Shown here: piece after piece, positions 1 to 9,477 of the stretch
Numbering within the stretch: the stretch's first letter is position 1
Layout: each line of letters starts with the position of its first letter
Assembly (NCBI GenBank): GCA_028716045.1
Contig: JAQUQO010000001.1
Location: 452,096 to 516,095 of the forward strand
Direction of reading: 5' to 3'
DNA length: 64,000 nucleotides
Source of the DNA: Patescibacteria group bacterium
GTDB taxonomy: Bacteria > Patescibacteriota > Patescibacteriia > JAQUQO01
Translations under genes and position numbers: made by a program
The notes under the pieces: model-generated
What the model was told of the DNA's origin: nothing
What the model saw: the letters and a program-made list of their open reading frames with translations, nothing else
Database searches by the model: none

Positions 1-535
1 CTTTCTTAATAATCGCCTCCAGTATTTCCGTCACGCCTTCACCCGTCTTACCCGAAGCTAAGTAAATATCCTCCTTCTTGCAGCCCATCAGTCCGATTAT
101 TTCCTGGCTCACTTCTTCCACGCGCGCTGCGGGCAAATCAATTTTATTAACCACCGGAATAATAGTAAGGTTCTGCTCTAATGCCAGATACAAATTGCCG
201 ATGGTCTGCGCCTGCACTCCCTGAGTGGCGTCAACTAACAGCAAAGCTCCTTCCACGGCGGCGAGCGAGCGGGAAACTTCGTAATTAAAATCAACGTGAC
301 CCGGGGTATCAATCAGGTTTAATTCATACCCCCGCCACTCCATTCTCGCCGGCGTCAGCTTGATGGTAATGCCCCTTTCCTGCTCCAAATCCATTTGGTC
401 TAAAATTTGTTCGCGCATTTCGCGTTTACTCACGGTTCCCGTGATTTCCAAAAGCCGGTCCGCCAGCGTGGATTTCCCATGGTCTATATGCGCAATGATG
501 CAAAAATTGCGGATTTTATTATCCGAATTATCCAT
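1..535 (-). CDS. lepA: Elongation factor 4 (LepA), N-terminal part; gene continues beyond window start
   Basis: Reverse-complement translation from the ATG at 533-535 gives [30 protein letters not shown]...[16 protein letters not shown]. This is the translational GTPase G1-G3 motif set with the LepA-typical N-terminus. The ORF runs open to position 1. Confidence 0.85.
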   Translation of the reverse strand, partial: MDNSDNKIRNFCIIAHIDHGKSTLADRLLEITGTVSKREMREQILDQMDLEQERGITIKLTPARMEWRGYELNLIDTPGHVDFNYEVSRSLAAVEGALLLVDATQGVQAQTIGNLYLALEQNLTIIPVVNKIDLPAARVEEVSQEIIGLMGCKKEDIYLASGKTGEGVTEILEAIIKK

Positions 536-699
536 ATTAGATTAAGATTAACACAAAAAATCAAGGCAAACAAGGGAAAATAAAACAACTGATTCCTCTG
601 AAAATTCAAAAAACATACTAAAATCCAGCCTCTTACAAAATTTTTATATTCCAAAAGGGGGAAATGGCCGTAGTCGGTAAGCTGTTGTCAATAAGCGTC

Positions 700-728
700 T
701 TGACAACCCCGTAGAAATATGATATACT
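700..728 (+). promoter_or_regulatory. Near-consensus sigma70 promoter (TTGACA-N17-TATACT) driving the small + strand ORF
   Basis: TTGACA at 700-705, a 17-nt spacer, then TATACT at 723-728. It sits about 50 nt upstream of a perfect SD (AAAGGAGGA) and the ATG at 778. Confidence 0.5.
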
Positions 729-777
729 TTTTATATTGAAAAAATACTAAAAATAAACCAAAAGGAGGAACCAAAGA

Positions 778-1047
778 ATGAAATGGTTAATAATCTTGGC
801 GGCGCTAGTGGGAATAATTTTGGGGGCAGGAGAAGAAAAAGAACAAAAAATTAATAACGAACAACCCCCTATCGTCTGTCGCGATAATTTCGCGATAATA
901 CCGGAACAACCGGTAATTGTTTCTCCAACGTCGAGCAGCAAAGATAAAAGGAGTAGAGATGGAAGGAGTAATAGCTTGCGCAATGGCCCTCCCAGCGCTG
1001 GTAATATTTGTCGTCATCTGCGTTGGCGCGATATTTATCCGGCCTAA
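778..1047 (+). CDS. Small (89 aa) predicted secreted/membrane-anchored protein, unknown function
   Basis: Only + strand gene in the region. Strong SD AAAGGAGGA 7 nt upstream. Hydrophobic N-terminus (MKWLIILAALVGIILGAG). It has its own promoter upstream and a hairpin plus T-run downstream. No recognisable domain. Confidence 0.45.
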   Translation: MKWLIILAALVGIILGAGEEKEQKINNEQPPIVCRDNFAIIPEQPVIVSPTSSSKDKRSRDGRSNSLRNGPPSAGNICRHLRWRDIYPA

Positions 1048-1072
1048 GGCCCAGTAATAATCAAAACAACAA

Positions 1073-1105
1073 ACCCGCGGGGTAAATCCCGTGGGTATTT
1101 TATTT
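1073..1105. terminator. Rho-independent-like hairpin (ACCCGCGG...CCGTGGGT) flanked by T/A runs; plausibly bidirectional (small ORF on +, murJ on -)
   Basis: Inverted repeat with one mismatch followed by ATTTTATTT on the + strand. The reverse complement is followed by TTTGTTGTTTT. Confidence 0.4.
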
Positions 1106-1178
1106 AATGTTATTTGAATTAGCTTTTACCTTCTTAATTTTACTTTTTTTCAATTTTAATTTTGAATTTTGATTTTAT

Positions 1179-2807
1179 TTATATCCCCCTGCTCTCATCA
1201 GCGCTGGACGGCGGCAATTTTGATTTAAATAATTTACGAACTAAAGAATCTTTAAAAGAAATCATCTCCGGAGATTTAACAACTAGACAAATTCCAAGAT
1301 AAATTATAAGCCCGCCCGCACCCGCGATAAATCCTTGTGAAAATATTCCCCAAAATTTATCCATATTGACGAACGGAGCCACGACAAATTTGGCTGACTG
1401 CACAACTACCGCCATAGCCAAGGCGGCGGCGCTGATTTTTACCAAAGAATATAAGATATTGATTTCGTCCAAATTGCCGACTTTAATGCGCAAAGCCACC
1501 CACAAAAGAACAAAATTAAAGATATTGGCCACGGAAAAGGCCATGGCCAGACCGGCCACGCCATACTGGGGCGCGAGCAGCAAACTCGCGAAGATATTTA
1601 AAACCGCGCTCATCAGACCGATGACAAAAGGATAAAAAGTATTTTCAAAAGCGTAAAAAACGCGCGCCAAAAGCGGGATTATCGCTTGGGCAAATAAACT
1701 GAAACTGAAAAAAGCCAAAGTGTCAGCAGTACTGATGGTGTCATTCCAGTCAAATTGTCCGCTGCCCAAAATTACACGGACGATCTGGGCACGCAAAAGC
1801 AAAAACAAAACAGACGCCGGTACCACAAAAAATATTATCTGGCGCAAAGCGGAAGAAAAACTTTTAACCAATTCTTCTTTTTTATCTTTAACCGCGTATT
1901 CGGAAAGAAAAGGAAAAACAGCAATGGCATAAGAAATGCCGAAAATGCCAATGGGAAAACTTTGTAAATTATTGGCTAAATTAAATACCGTCAAACTCCC
2001 CTCTTCCAAAGTGGAAGCGATAATAGTAATGATGACTAAATTAATTTGCGTAACGGCCAACGCTAAAGTCCGCGGTATCATTAATTTGCCAAGGAGGCGC
2101 ACGCCGGAATGATAGATGTCAAAAGCCCATCGATAACTCCAGCCCAGCGAAGCCACCGCTGGGATTTGGATGATAAAATGCAAGCCCGCGCCCAACACCA
2201 CACCCCAAGCCAAGCCGCTAATCCCTAATTTGGGCACGAAGAATAAAGCGCCAAAAATAATTCCGATATTATACATTATCGGCGCCAAAGAATAGATAAA
2301 AAACCGGCGAAAACTTTGTAAAATACCACCTAAAATACTTGACAGCCCCAAAAAAATCGGCGAAAGAAACATAATGCGAGTGAGAGCAATGGTGAACTCA
2401 AGTTTTTCTCCGGAGAATCCCGGGGTTATCCAAGGGACAATCCGGGAAGAAAAAATCACCAACAAAGAACAAATGAATATCAGCGCAACGGAAACTATGT
2501 TAAAAAGAGAATTAATAAAATGCCCAGCCTCCCCGCTTATTTTTTCTCTCCTCTCGCTAAACCACCCTAAATACTTAGTAAAAACGGGAATAAAACCGGC
2601 GGAAAGCGCGCCCAAAACAAGCAGATTATAAATTAAATCCGGGATGCGAAAAGCGGCATAATAAATATCTAAAGTATCCCCTGCTCCGAATTGTCCGGCT
2701 AAAATATGGTCGCGAAAAATGCCGAGAAATCTGCTGAGCAGTCCGGAGACACCAACAATAATCGCCGCCACCGTGACATTATTTGCTTTGCCGTTAAAAT
2801 TAAACAT
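1179..2807 (-). CDS. murJ: Lipid II flippase MurJ (MviN family)
   Basis: 542 aa polytopic protein. N-terminus ...LSRFLGIFRDHILAGQFGAGDTLDIYYAAFRIPDLIYNLL... matches the conserved MurJ/MviN signature. Confidence 0.9.
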   Translation of the reverse strand: MFNFNGKANNVTVAAIIVGVSGLLSRFLGIFRDHILAGQFGAGDTLDIYYAAFRIPDLIYNLLVLGALSAGFIPVFTKYLGWFSERREKISGEAGHFINSLFNIVSVALIFICSLLVIFSSRIVPWITPGFSGEKLEFTIALTRIMFLSPIFLGLSSILGGILQSFRRFFIYSLAPIMYNIGIIFGALFFVPKLGISGLAWGVVLGAGLHFIIQIPAVASLGWSYRWAFDIYHSGVRLLGKLMIPRTLALAVTQINLVIITIIASTLEEGSLTVFNLANNLQSFPIGIFGISYAIAVFPFLSEYAVKDKKEELVKSFSSALRQIIFFVVPASVLFLLLRAQIVRVILGSGQFDWNDTISTADTLAFFSFSLFAQAIIPLLARVFYAFENTFYPFVIGLMSAVLNIFASLLLAPQYGVAGLAMAFSVANIFNFVLLWVALRIKVGNLDEINILYSLVKISAAALAMAVVVQSAKFVVAPFVNMDKFWGIFSQGFIAGAGGLIIYLGICLVVKSPEMISFKDSLVRKLFKSKLPPSSADESRGI

Positions 2808-2863
2808 CTGTTTATATAAGAAAAAGCTAAGCCGAAAATTCTTTCCGATTTAGCTTTCCCATT

Positions 2864-3202
2864 TTATTTGCGTTTCTCGTTTTTATTTTTAACGCGATGG
2901 GGGGCCCTGTCATTAAGTTTTCTTAACTGAATAATTAGCTTGTCCAGCGCCAAATCAATAACTTCAGTAATAGTATGGTCATCCTCCGATGAACGTAAAT
3001 GATCTTTGGGGAGATTAAGCTCTAAAATCAGGTTATAGGCCGCCTTTTTGGAAAATTTTTCCGCTGCCACCCGCAATTTTGCTTCATTGCTTTCAAACCC
3101 CCCTAACCACTCTTCTAAACGCGGTAATTTTTCATTAAAATATTTTTCAAACCTCTCTTTTTCTTCGGGAGTAAAATTCTTATAGCGAAAATTAATCACC
3201 AT
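2864..3202 (-). CDS. hpf: Ribosome hibernation promoting factor / ribosome-associated inhibitor (S30AE family)
   Basis: 112 aa. NFTPEEKERFEKYFNEKL...VAAEKF...ITEVIDLALDKLIIQLRKL resembles the YfiA/HPF fold signature. Small basic C-terminus. Confidence 0.55.
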   Translation of the reverse strand: MVINFRYKNFTPEEKERFEKYFNEKLPRLEEWLGGFESNEAKLRVAAEKFSKKAAYNLILELNLPKDHLRSSEDDHTITEVIDLALDKLIIQLRKLNDRAPHRVKNKNEKRK

Positions 3203-3220
3203 AAAAAATATTTTTCTTTG

Positions 3221-3544
3221 TTATTTTTTAGAACCGCCCAGCTCTTTGCTGATATTTTTCCATTGCGACTTTAAATCCTGGCGCAACTCTTTGACCGTAT
3301 CGCGGGAAAGTTTTTTACTGGCCTGATATTCGCCTAACACCGCTTCCACCACTTTTTCATAATTGGCTTTACTGACGCTCTTCAAGAGATGCAATCTCTT
3401 TAAAATTTTTCCGGTAAGCTCGGTGACTGTTTTTTTGGCCCGGGCTTTTGTTTGCGGAGAAAGTTTTTTATTAACGACCATGGCCGTGCCGGCCGCGAGC
3501 GCCGCGCCCACTAGGGCGAGTTTTAAAAAATTTTTAGCTTTCAT
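3221..3544 (-). CDS. Hypothetical membrane-anchored helical protein (YtxH/DUF948-like)
   Basis: 107 aa. N-terminal hydrophobic helix (LKLALVGAALAAGTAMVV) followed by a charged helical region. Confidence 0.45.
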   Translation of the reverse strand: MKAKNFLKLALVGAALAAGTAMVVNKKLSPQTKARAKKTVTELTGKILKRLHLLKSVSKANYEKVVEAVLGEYQASKKLSRDTVKELRQDLKSQWKNISKELGGSKK

Positions 3545-3625
3545 AAACTTTGACGTTATTTATTACAATAATATTATAACCTATTTTAAGGGAATTTACA
3601 AAAGCCGCTGTGGGAGCGGCTTCGG

Positions 3626-3859
3626 CTATTCTTCCTGCCAAGCCGGCAGGGTGTTTATAAATTCCTCTGTCTTAGCGCGCGCTTCCTCTTCGGACAAACC
3701 AAGCGTTTCCATAAAATAATGGTTTTTTATCCCTTCAAAGGCTTGCTCCTTGGTAACCCCAAGTTCCTGCCCGGCCTCATCCTTAGCGCAATGTTCGCAG
3801 TAACGACGCGTCTCATCATCCATGGGCAGACCGCAGGCCTCGCAACGAATTCCAATCAT
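3626..3859 (-). CDS. Small zinc-ribbon protein (CxxC...CxxC), unknown function
   Basis: 77 aa with CEACG...CEHC cysteine pairs and an acidic C-terminus. Confidence 0.45.
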   Translation of the reverse strand: MIGIRCEACGLPMDDETRRYCEHCAKDEAGQELGVTKEQAFEGIKNHYFMETLGLSEEEARAKTEEFINTLPAWQEE

Positions 3860-3878
3860 AATAATTTAATTTTAATTA

Positions 3879-5234
3879 TTAAATGGCTAAGGGCGGCTCT
3901 TTTAAATTGTCGGTTTTTCTTAAAACCGTTTCCTCTACTTTATAAGCTCCGAGTTTGGGCGCGTCCGTAAAACCTTCCATCGCCGCCCTAGCCAACCAAC
4001 CGCTTTCAATCCAATCAAAGAGCCATTCATTGGCATAGCGAGGATTATTTTGCGTAATTCCCCCGCCGACGCTTTTAAGCCAAATTCTGTTGAAATCCTC
4101 CTGCGAACCGACCGACGGAGCCATAATAATCGGCAAGCCGAGACCAGTATAGAATGAAAGCTCCGACGGCTTTGTCCACAGAACATCAGTGCTCCGCAAG
4201 GACTCGTTGAATTTCTGAAAATATTTAAATTTATCCACGTCAAAAATAATGTCCACGCATTCCCCAAAACATTTTTCCAAACCGCAGGAAGCAATCGCCT
4301 TTTTAAAATAAAGAAAAACTTCGTTGCGGATGCCCGCCACTAGATTTACCTTAACTCTTTCTTTTTTTATGTCATTTTTCAAACTGTCTAAAATTTCCGC
4401 ACCCAATTCGCGCTGAGCGCCAGCGCCGCCGACGGCAAAGGTAACGGTCAACGGATGCGAGGATTTTTGGGGAAAATTATCCTCGCCTAAATGAAATTTT
4501 ATAGTATGGCGAAACTGGCTGACATATCTTTTTTGGGGGTCCAGATTATAGATGCGATAACCAATGTCTTCTTTAAGCGTCGCCAGCCCCGGACCGCCGA
4601 TATTTTCCTTGGGCAAAGGAAAACCCGTGAGATGAATTTGTTCTTCTTTTACTCCGTAGAGTTTTAATCTCTCCACCACTCTTCGATTTGGCGCCAGGTA
4701 ATTTATTCGGCTCTTTTGCGGATAAAGCGGCGCCCAATTGCGGCTGATGTCCGCGTCGCAAATCTGGCAATAAATATCTCCGCCGTAATTAAAGTATTCG
4801 GCCATAAAAGCCACCACAAAAAAAGTAGTAATCAGCGGCCGGCTGCCGTTTTCCCTGTTTAATAATTTAATCAAATCCTCACCCCATTTTTTTCGGCGAA
4901 TCAGAGAATATGTTTGTTTGGTCTGGAAATTCGCAGCTGACAAATCCCGTCTGGGATAAAATGGCGGGATGGACTGCCATTTATCAAATAAGCTGAAAGC
5001 ATATTCCCCCACTATGGGCACATGTCGGAAACGGGAAATGAACTCATAAAATTTCCGGCTTTCCCGCCAAATCTTTTCGTCTTTTTTAGGGATACCCTTG
5101 TAATTGTTGGCAATAATAATTCCGCCACGGGCAAAATCCTTGAGAGGATAAGCGGCCCGGTCATGACCATAACCCATATTAACCGAAACCACCCAGGCAT
5201 CGTCAAATAATTTTTGTTCTTTGGCTGGCGCCAT
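3879..5234 (-). CDS. Putative GT-B fold glycosyltransferase (MurG / MGDG-synthase-like, GT28-type motifs)
   Basis: 451 aa. The N-terminal VSVNMGYGHDRAA motif is G-x-GH as in GT28. FAVGGAGAQ and GLPIIMAPSVGSQEDFN resemble the MurG C-terminal donor-binding motifs. Assignment is by motif only. Confidence 0.45.
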   Translation of the reverse strand: MAPAKEQKLFDDAWVVSVNMGYGHDRAAYPLKDFARGGIIIANNYKGIPKKDEKIWRESRKFYEFISRFRHVPIVGEYAFSLFDKWQSIPPFYPRRDLSAANFQTKQTYSLIRRKKWGEDLIKLLNRENGSRPLITTFFVVAFMAEYFNYGGDIYCQICDADISRNWAPLYPQKSRINYLAPNRRVVERLKLYGVKEEQIHLTGFPLPKENIGGPGLATLKEDIGYRIYNLDPQKRYVSQFRHTIKFHLGEDNFPQKSSHPLTVTFAVGGAGAQRELGAEILDSLKNDIKKERVKVNLVAGIRNEVFLYFKKAIASCGLEKCFGECVDIIFDVDKFKYFQKFNESLRSTDVLWTKPSELSFYTGLGLPIIMAPSVGSQEDFNRIWLKSVGGGITQNNPRYANEWLFDWIESGWLARAAMEGFTDAPKLGAYKVEETVLRKTDNLKEPPLAI

Positions 5235-5323
5235 AATTCAACTAAATTCTCTTTATTAAAATTCTGTCTCTACGTAAATTATAACACAGAAATAGCTCCG
5301 ATAAAACCCCAAGTAAAGCGCCC

Positions 5324-5653
5324 TTATCTATCATCTCCATCGCCCCCCAAGGTTCCTCTCTCTTTTCTGGATGATAATTTTTGGATATTATCCTCGGCGA
5401 TTTTTCCCAAATCCAGTCCCATTTCCGTGGCCACCTGCGCCATATACCATAAGATATCTCCCAGCTCTTTTTCAATTTCCCGGCGGCGATTATCATCAAG
5501 GACTCCGCCATTGTCACGAAAAATTTTTTTAACCTTTTCAGCCACTTCACCGGTTTCCCCGCAAAGCCCTAACGTCGGGTAAACAAAATTCTCGCCGACT
5601 TTAGGATAAAAAGCCGTGGCTCTTGATTTTTTCTGATATTCTTGAAAATCCAT
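5324..5653 (-). CDS. MazG-like nucleotide pyrophosphohydrolase domain protein
   Basis: 109 aa. GLCGETGEVAEKVKK...ELGDILWYMAQVATEMGLDLGKIAEDNIQKL is the all-alpha NTP-PPase (MazG) signature. Confidence 0.7.
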   Translation of the reverse strand: MDFQEYQKKSRATAFYPKVGENFVYPTLGLCGETGEVAEKVKKIFRDNGGVLDDNRRREIEKELGDILWYMAQVATEMGLDLGKIAEDNIQKLSSRKERGTLGGDGDDR

Positions 5654-5657
5654 AATT

Positions 5658-6677
5658 TTATTTTAATTTATTGTTTAATTTTTTTATTGCCAATTGTCCG
5701 CAAGCGGCGTCAATCTCCCGGCCGAAACGCCATCGCTCGGTGACTGCCACCCCGCTCTTTTCCAAAATTTCGCGAAATTTTCTAATCCTTTCTTTAGTCG
5801 GCGGTTTAAACATTCCTGTCTTATTACAAGGGATAAGATTAACGAGATGTAAAGGTTTTTTTATAAGCGCCGCAAGCTCGCGCGCTTCTTTGGGGGAATC
5901 ATTCACCCCGGCTAAAAGAATATACTCAAACATCACTCGCCGGTTAGTCTTTTTGATATACGCGTCAACCTCTCTTAAAATTTCTTTAAGCGGATATTTT
6001 TTATTGGCTGGAATAATTTTTGAACGCAAAAAATCATTAGGAGCATGAAGCGAAATGGCCAAATTAACCTGCAAATTCTCTTTGGATAATTTTTTAATGC
6101 CTTCGATGACTCCAACGGTGGAAAGGGAAATCCGCCGCGCGCCGATGTTTAGTCCATCCTTATCATTGAGGATTCTCACGGCCGCTAAAACATTGTCATA
6201 ATTCAAAAACGGCTCGCCCATACCCATAAAAACCACGTTGGTAATTTTGGAAAGGGAACTTTTTAACTGGCGCGCAAAAAACAAAACCTGTCCCACTATT
6301 TCCCAAGAATTTAAATTTCTTTTAAACCCCATCTGTCCGGTGGCGCAAAAAAGGCAGCCCAGCGGACAACCGACAGCCGAAGAAACGCACACCGTGTTTC
6401 GCCCGTCTTTATGCTTCATTAAAACCGATTCAACTTTCAGCCCATCGTCAAGCGCAATCAGCGCCTTGGCTGAATTTTGGTCTTTGGCCCAGATTATTTC
6501 TCCTTTTATGTCTAACGGGCACTGGGCTTGAAGCGAAATTCTTAATGGCTTAGAAAGCACCGTGGCCTTGCCCCAATCATCAATCAAATCTAAAAATACC
6601 GCCCGTTTTGCCTGTTTTTGGCGGTATGGCGGCTCTTCTCTAAAAACTTTGGCAAGACAATCAAGATTCATAATCAC
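5658..6677 (-). CDS. rlmN: 23S rRNA m2A2503 / tRNA m2A37 methyltransferase RlmN (radical SAM)
   Basis: 339 aa. CPLGCLFCATGQMGFKRNL radical-SAM CxxxCxxC, MGMGEPFLNYDNV and a C-terminal ...CGQL motif typical of the RlmN/Cfr family. Confidence 0.85.
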   Translation of the reverse strand: MIMNLDCLAKVFREEPPYRQKQAKRAVFLDLIDDWGKATVLSKPLRISLQAQCPLDIKGEIIWAKDQNSAKALIALDDGLKVESVLMKHKDGRNTVCVSSAVGCPLGCLFCATGQMGFKRNLNSWEIVGQVLFFARQLKSSLSKITNVVFMGMGEPFLNYDNVLAAVRILNDKDGLNIGARRISLSTVGVIEGIKKLSKENLQVNLAISLHAPNDFLRSKIIPANKKYPLKEILREVDAYIKKTNRRVMFEYILLAGVNDSPKEARELAALIKKPLHLVNLIPCNKTGMFKPPTKERIRKFREILEKSGVAVTERWRFGREIDAACGQLAIKKLNNKLK

Positions 6678-6764
6678 CCGTTTTTTAAATGTTATTTAAT
6701 AATTCTATCATCTTGACAAACGGGCGTCAAAAAATAATTTTAACACTGATTTAGGATATTGGGC

Positions 6765-7799
6765 TTAAATTTTTTTAATTTTATTTCTCTCCAACGCCGC
6801 GTTAATGATGCTTTTTAAAACATCTTCGTAGCTCATGCCGGAAGTTCTGGCGATTAAAGGGAAATAAGAAGTGGCGGAAATTTTCGGCGGCATAAGTCCT
6901 GCCGGGGAATTAATGTCTAAAATATAAGGATTGCCCGCCCGGTCGCAGCGCACATCCATCCGGCACCAGTCTAAAATATCCAAAACCTCCCAGGCCTTAA
7001 GACAAATTTCTGCTATTTTATCTTTTAACTTTTTATCAATGTTCGCCGGGCATATAAGATGGTTCGCCCGTGAACTATCTTCCTCTAAAACCCATTTGAC
7101 CTCCAAAGAATCAAGCGGCTGATAACCGGCCGGCAAGCTCCCGTGGTCGGATTCCAAAATCGGCAAAATCCGCGGCGGATTGCCGAGCAGGGCCACGGAA
7201 AATTCGCGGCCGGTGAGAAACGGCTCCACAAGCGCCGGTTCCTTAAAAGTTGAGATTATAAAATTAATTTGCTTCTTAAGCTCGCGGCGATTCAAAACTA
7301 CGCTCTGATTAGTGATGCCCGCCGACGAACCTTGCGCCACCGGTTTGACGATTAACGGGAATTCCAATCCCTCCCTTAAATCTTTTCTGGAATTTTTAAA
7401 AATTTGGAACGGCAAAGTCGAAATTTTATTGGCTAAAAGAATTTGTTTGAATCTCGCTTTGTATAAAATCAGCGCCTGCGTGAGCGGACCGGAACCGGTG
7501 TAAGGAAGACGCAACATTTCCAGTATCGCCGGCAAATGGGCATAACGGTCTCTACCGTAAATTCCCAAAGAATAATTAAAGACCAAATCTATTTTTCTCC
7601 TATTTTTTAATAATTCGTCATAAGCATACTCATCGGCTTCAATAGGTAAAACCTTAAACCCGCACTTTTTCAAATGGACAATCATCGTTTTAATAGTTTC
7701 GGGGTCATCAAAATCCGCCTCCAGTTGGGTGGCGGGATTTTGGGGGTCAGGATAAGAATGCCTGACGTTATAAAGAAAAGCGACGTTCAATTTTTTCAT
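6765..7799 (-). CDS. ddl: ATP-grasp ligase, D-alanine--D-alanine ligase-like
   Basis: 344 aa. Central ...LIVKPVAQGSSAGIT... and C-terminal EPFLTGREFSVALLGN...PYILDINSPAGL resemble the Ddl ATP-grasp motifs. Peptidoglycan context (murJ nearby). Confidence 0.6.
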   Translation of the reverse strand: MKKLNVAFLYNVRHSYPDPQNPATQLEADFDDPETIKTMIVHLKKCGFKVLPIEADEYAYDELLKNRRKIDLVFNYSLGIYGRDRYAHLPAILEMLRLPYTGSGPLTQALILYKARFKQILLANKISTLPFQIFKNSRKDLREGLEFPLIVKPVAQGSSAGITNQSVVLNRRELKKQINFIISTFKEPALVEPFLTGREFSVALLGNPPRILPILESDHGSLPAGYQPLDSLEVKWVLEEDSSRANHLICPANIDKKLKDKIAEICLKAWEVLDILDWCRMDVRCDRAGNPYILDINSPAGLMPPKISATSYFPLIARTSGMSYEDVLKSIINAALERNKIKKI

Positions 7800-9331
7800 T
7801 ACTTCCTTAAACTTAGAATTTCTTTTTTTGTCTGTTCCAGGGACTCCCTGAAAATTTTATCAATCTTTTCTTTCCACTGCGGCGGGGTAATATGTTCTTC
7901 GTGAATAAAAAAATATTTCAGAAAGAGTTCCTCAAATCTGTCCTCCGCTTCTTTTTTCGCGGAAGAAACGGCAAACTTTTCCACCAAAGGGTCGCGATTA
8001 CCCCTTAAATAAGTAAGATAAAAAGCTAAAAGCTGCTCATCCCTGTTGGTGCCAAAAGCGTCAAAACCCGTACCCACGGCCGGACGACCGAAAATGTTAA
8101 ACAGTTTTTCTCTGTCACTAGCAAAAAGATTGTCTTTAAACCCCGCTTCTTCGGGGTCTATGCCATTAGCGCTTAAATAAAGATAAATTCTGGCGCATTT
8201 AGAACAATCGGCGCACCATCTCTTGTCCTTAGCGGCCTCGGTTTCCGCCCAGCAAGACATGAGATATTTTAAACTGGAATGATAGCGATTTTTTAAAATT
8301 GAAATAATAGCTAAATCATGGACTCCCTGCAAAAAAGTGGTAGTGTAGACTTCTCCTTCCGATAATGATTGAGTCAAAATGGATAATTCCTCCGTAGCTT
8401 GCCCCGACTGTTCGTAATCGGGAATAACTTTAAGATTTTCATCGTCATAAAAAAAGTCATTGCATGTCGCTTCATTGGAAAAAATAATATAACCAGCCTT
8501 TTTAGCGTAAGCAAAGGGCAAGGAAAGCAACGCCCAGGAAGTGAGCGCCAGCTCCCAGCCAAACCATCCCTCCCCGTATTCGCGGAGTTTTCCCAGGGGG
8601 TTATCTAAATAATAAATTTTTTCTCCCGTATCGGCGCTAAATTGTTTTGAAAGTTCCAATTTATGTTTTCTTGAGTATTCCTCCGATGGTTCGTCAAAAT
8701 AAACCAGGGTCGGTTTAAGGCCGATTTCTTTAGCAAGATTATAAGTTAAAAAACTGTCTTTCCCAAAAGTAAAAGGGATGACGACATTTTCGTCAATGGA
8801 AACGGGAAACCTGGGAGGAACATCTTTGGTATCGGAAAAATTAGCACGGGAATTAAGCATGGTTTTAAGAATCGGAAAAACACCTGTTCCTCTTCTCCCG
8901 CGGTATAAATACCAATAAGCTGGCAGAAATCTTATAAAACATTGAGTAGCCCACGAATATGAGTGTGGATATCCAGTATTATATTCCATCCGGATATTAC
9001 CCTTCAAAAGAAAAGGTAAATGCGCGGTAAAAATATAAGTGATATTGTCCACGAGTTTAACCCTGTTTTCCTCCGGATAATCTTTCCAGATGGAATTAGG
9101 ATAATCAAGGCGAAGTTCGGAAGAAAGAAGCTTGGAATTAATTTTTACTTTAACGCCGCTATCCGTGGCCGAACCTTCAATCTGAACCGGCGTTTCGCGC
9201 TCATGCCAGTCCCTCCATTTATGGGGTCTGCCGGATGGCGGAGAAATCAAACTTTCTCCGCTACGGCTTGGCTCGGAGAGCGGATTACTTAAAGGGGGCT
9301 CGGCGGACTGACTACTATTTTCTTCTGCCAT
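7799..9331 (-). CDS. PP-loop (adenine nucleotide alpha-hydrolase) family ATP pyrophosphatase-like protein with disordered N-terminus and C-terminal Cys cluster
   Basis: 510 aa. VVIPFTFGKDSFLTYNLAKEIGLKPTLVYF is a degenerate SGGKDS P-loop, like Dph6/MJ0570-type N-type ATPases. C-terminal CADCSKC. Its stop overlaps the start of the ATP-grasp gene, which suggests translational coupling. Confidence 0.5.
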   Translation of the reverse strand: MAEENSSQSAEPPLSNPLSEPSRSGESLISPPSGRPHKWRDWHERETPVQIEGSATDSGVKVKINSKLLSSELRLDYPNSIWKDYPEENRVKLVDNITYIFTAHLPFLLKGNIRMEYNTGYPHSYSWATQCFIRFLPAYWYLYRGRRGTGVFPILKTMLNSRANFSDTKDVPPRFPVSIDENVVIPFTFGKDSFLTYNLAKEIGLKPTLVYFDEPSEEYSRKHKLELSKQFSADTGEKIYYLDNPLGKLREYGEGWFGWELALTSWALLSLPFAYAKKAGYIIFSNEATCNDFFYDDENLKVIPDYEQSGQATEELSILTQSLSEGEVYTTTFLQGVHDLAIISILKNRYHSSLKYLMSCWAETEAAKDKRWCADCSKCARIYLYLSANGIDPEEAGFKDNLFASDREKLFNIFGRPAVGTGFDAFGTNRDEQLLAFYLTYLRGNRDPLVEKFAVSSAKKEAEDRFEELFLKYFFIHEEHITPPQWKEKIDKIFRESLEQTKKEILSLRK

Positions 9332-9430
9332 GGCAATTTGATTTAAAAAATAAATTAAAGATATTTATCAATTATCGCTCTTTCTGCTAAAAAGTCAAAC
9401 AATCATGTGGATAAGGTTTCTCAAAATAAA

Positions 9431-9470
9431 AGAGCGCCCCGATGTTATGTCGGGGGCTCTTTTATTTTTC
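9431..9470. terminator. Rho-independent terminator hairpin downstream of the giant surface-protein gene
   Basis: AGAGCGCCCCGA-tgttatg-TCGGGGGCTCT followed by TTTTATTTTT. The reverse complement is also T-run flanked. Confidence 0.6.
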
Positions 9471-9477
9471 TAAAGCT

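Noticed and set aside
360-545. 61-aa + strand ORF
   Set aside because: Lies antisense within the lepA N-terminal coding region, which has unambiguous GTPase motifs on the minus strand.
805-1017. 70-aa minus-strand ORF overlapping the small + strand ORF
   Set aside because: No SD or promoter, whereas the + strand ORF has a consensus promoter and a perfect SD. Only one of the two can be real, and the signals favour +.
5242-5550. 102-aa minus-strand ORF
   Set aside because: Out-of-frame overlap with the MazG-like gene, which has clear family motifs.
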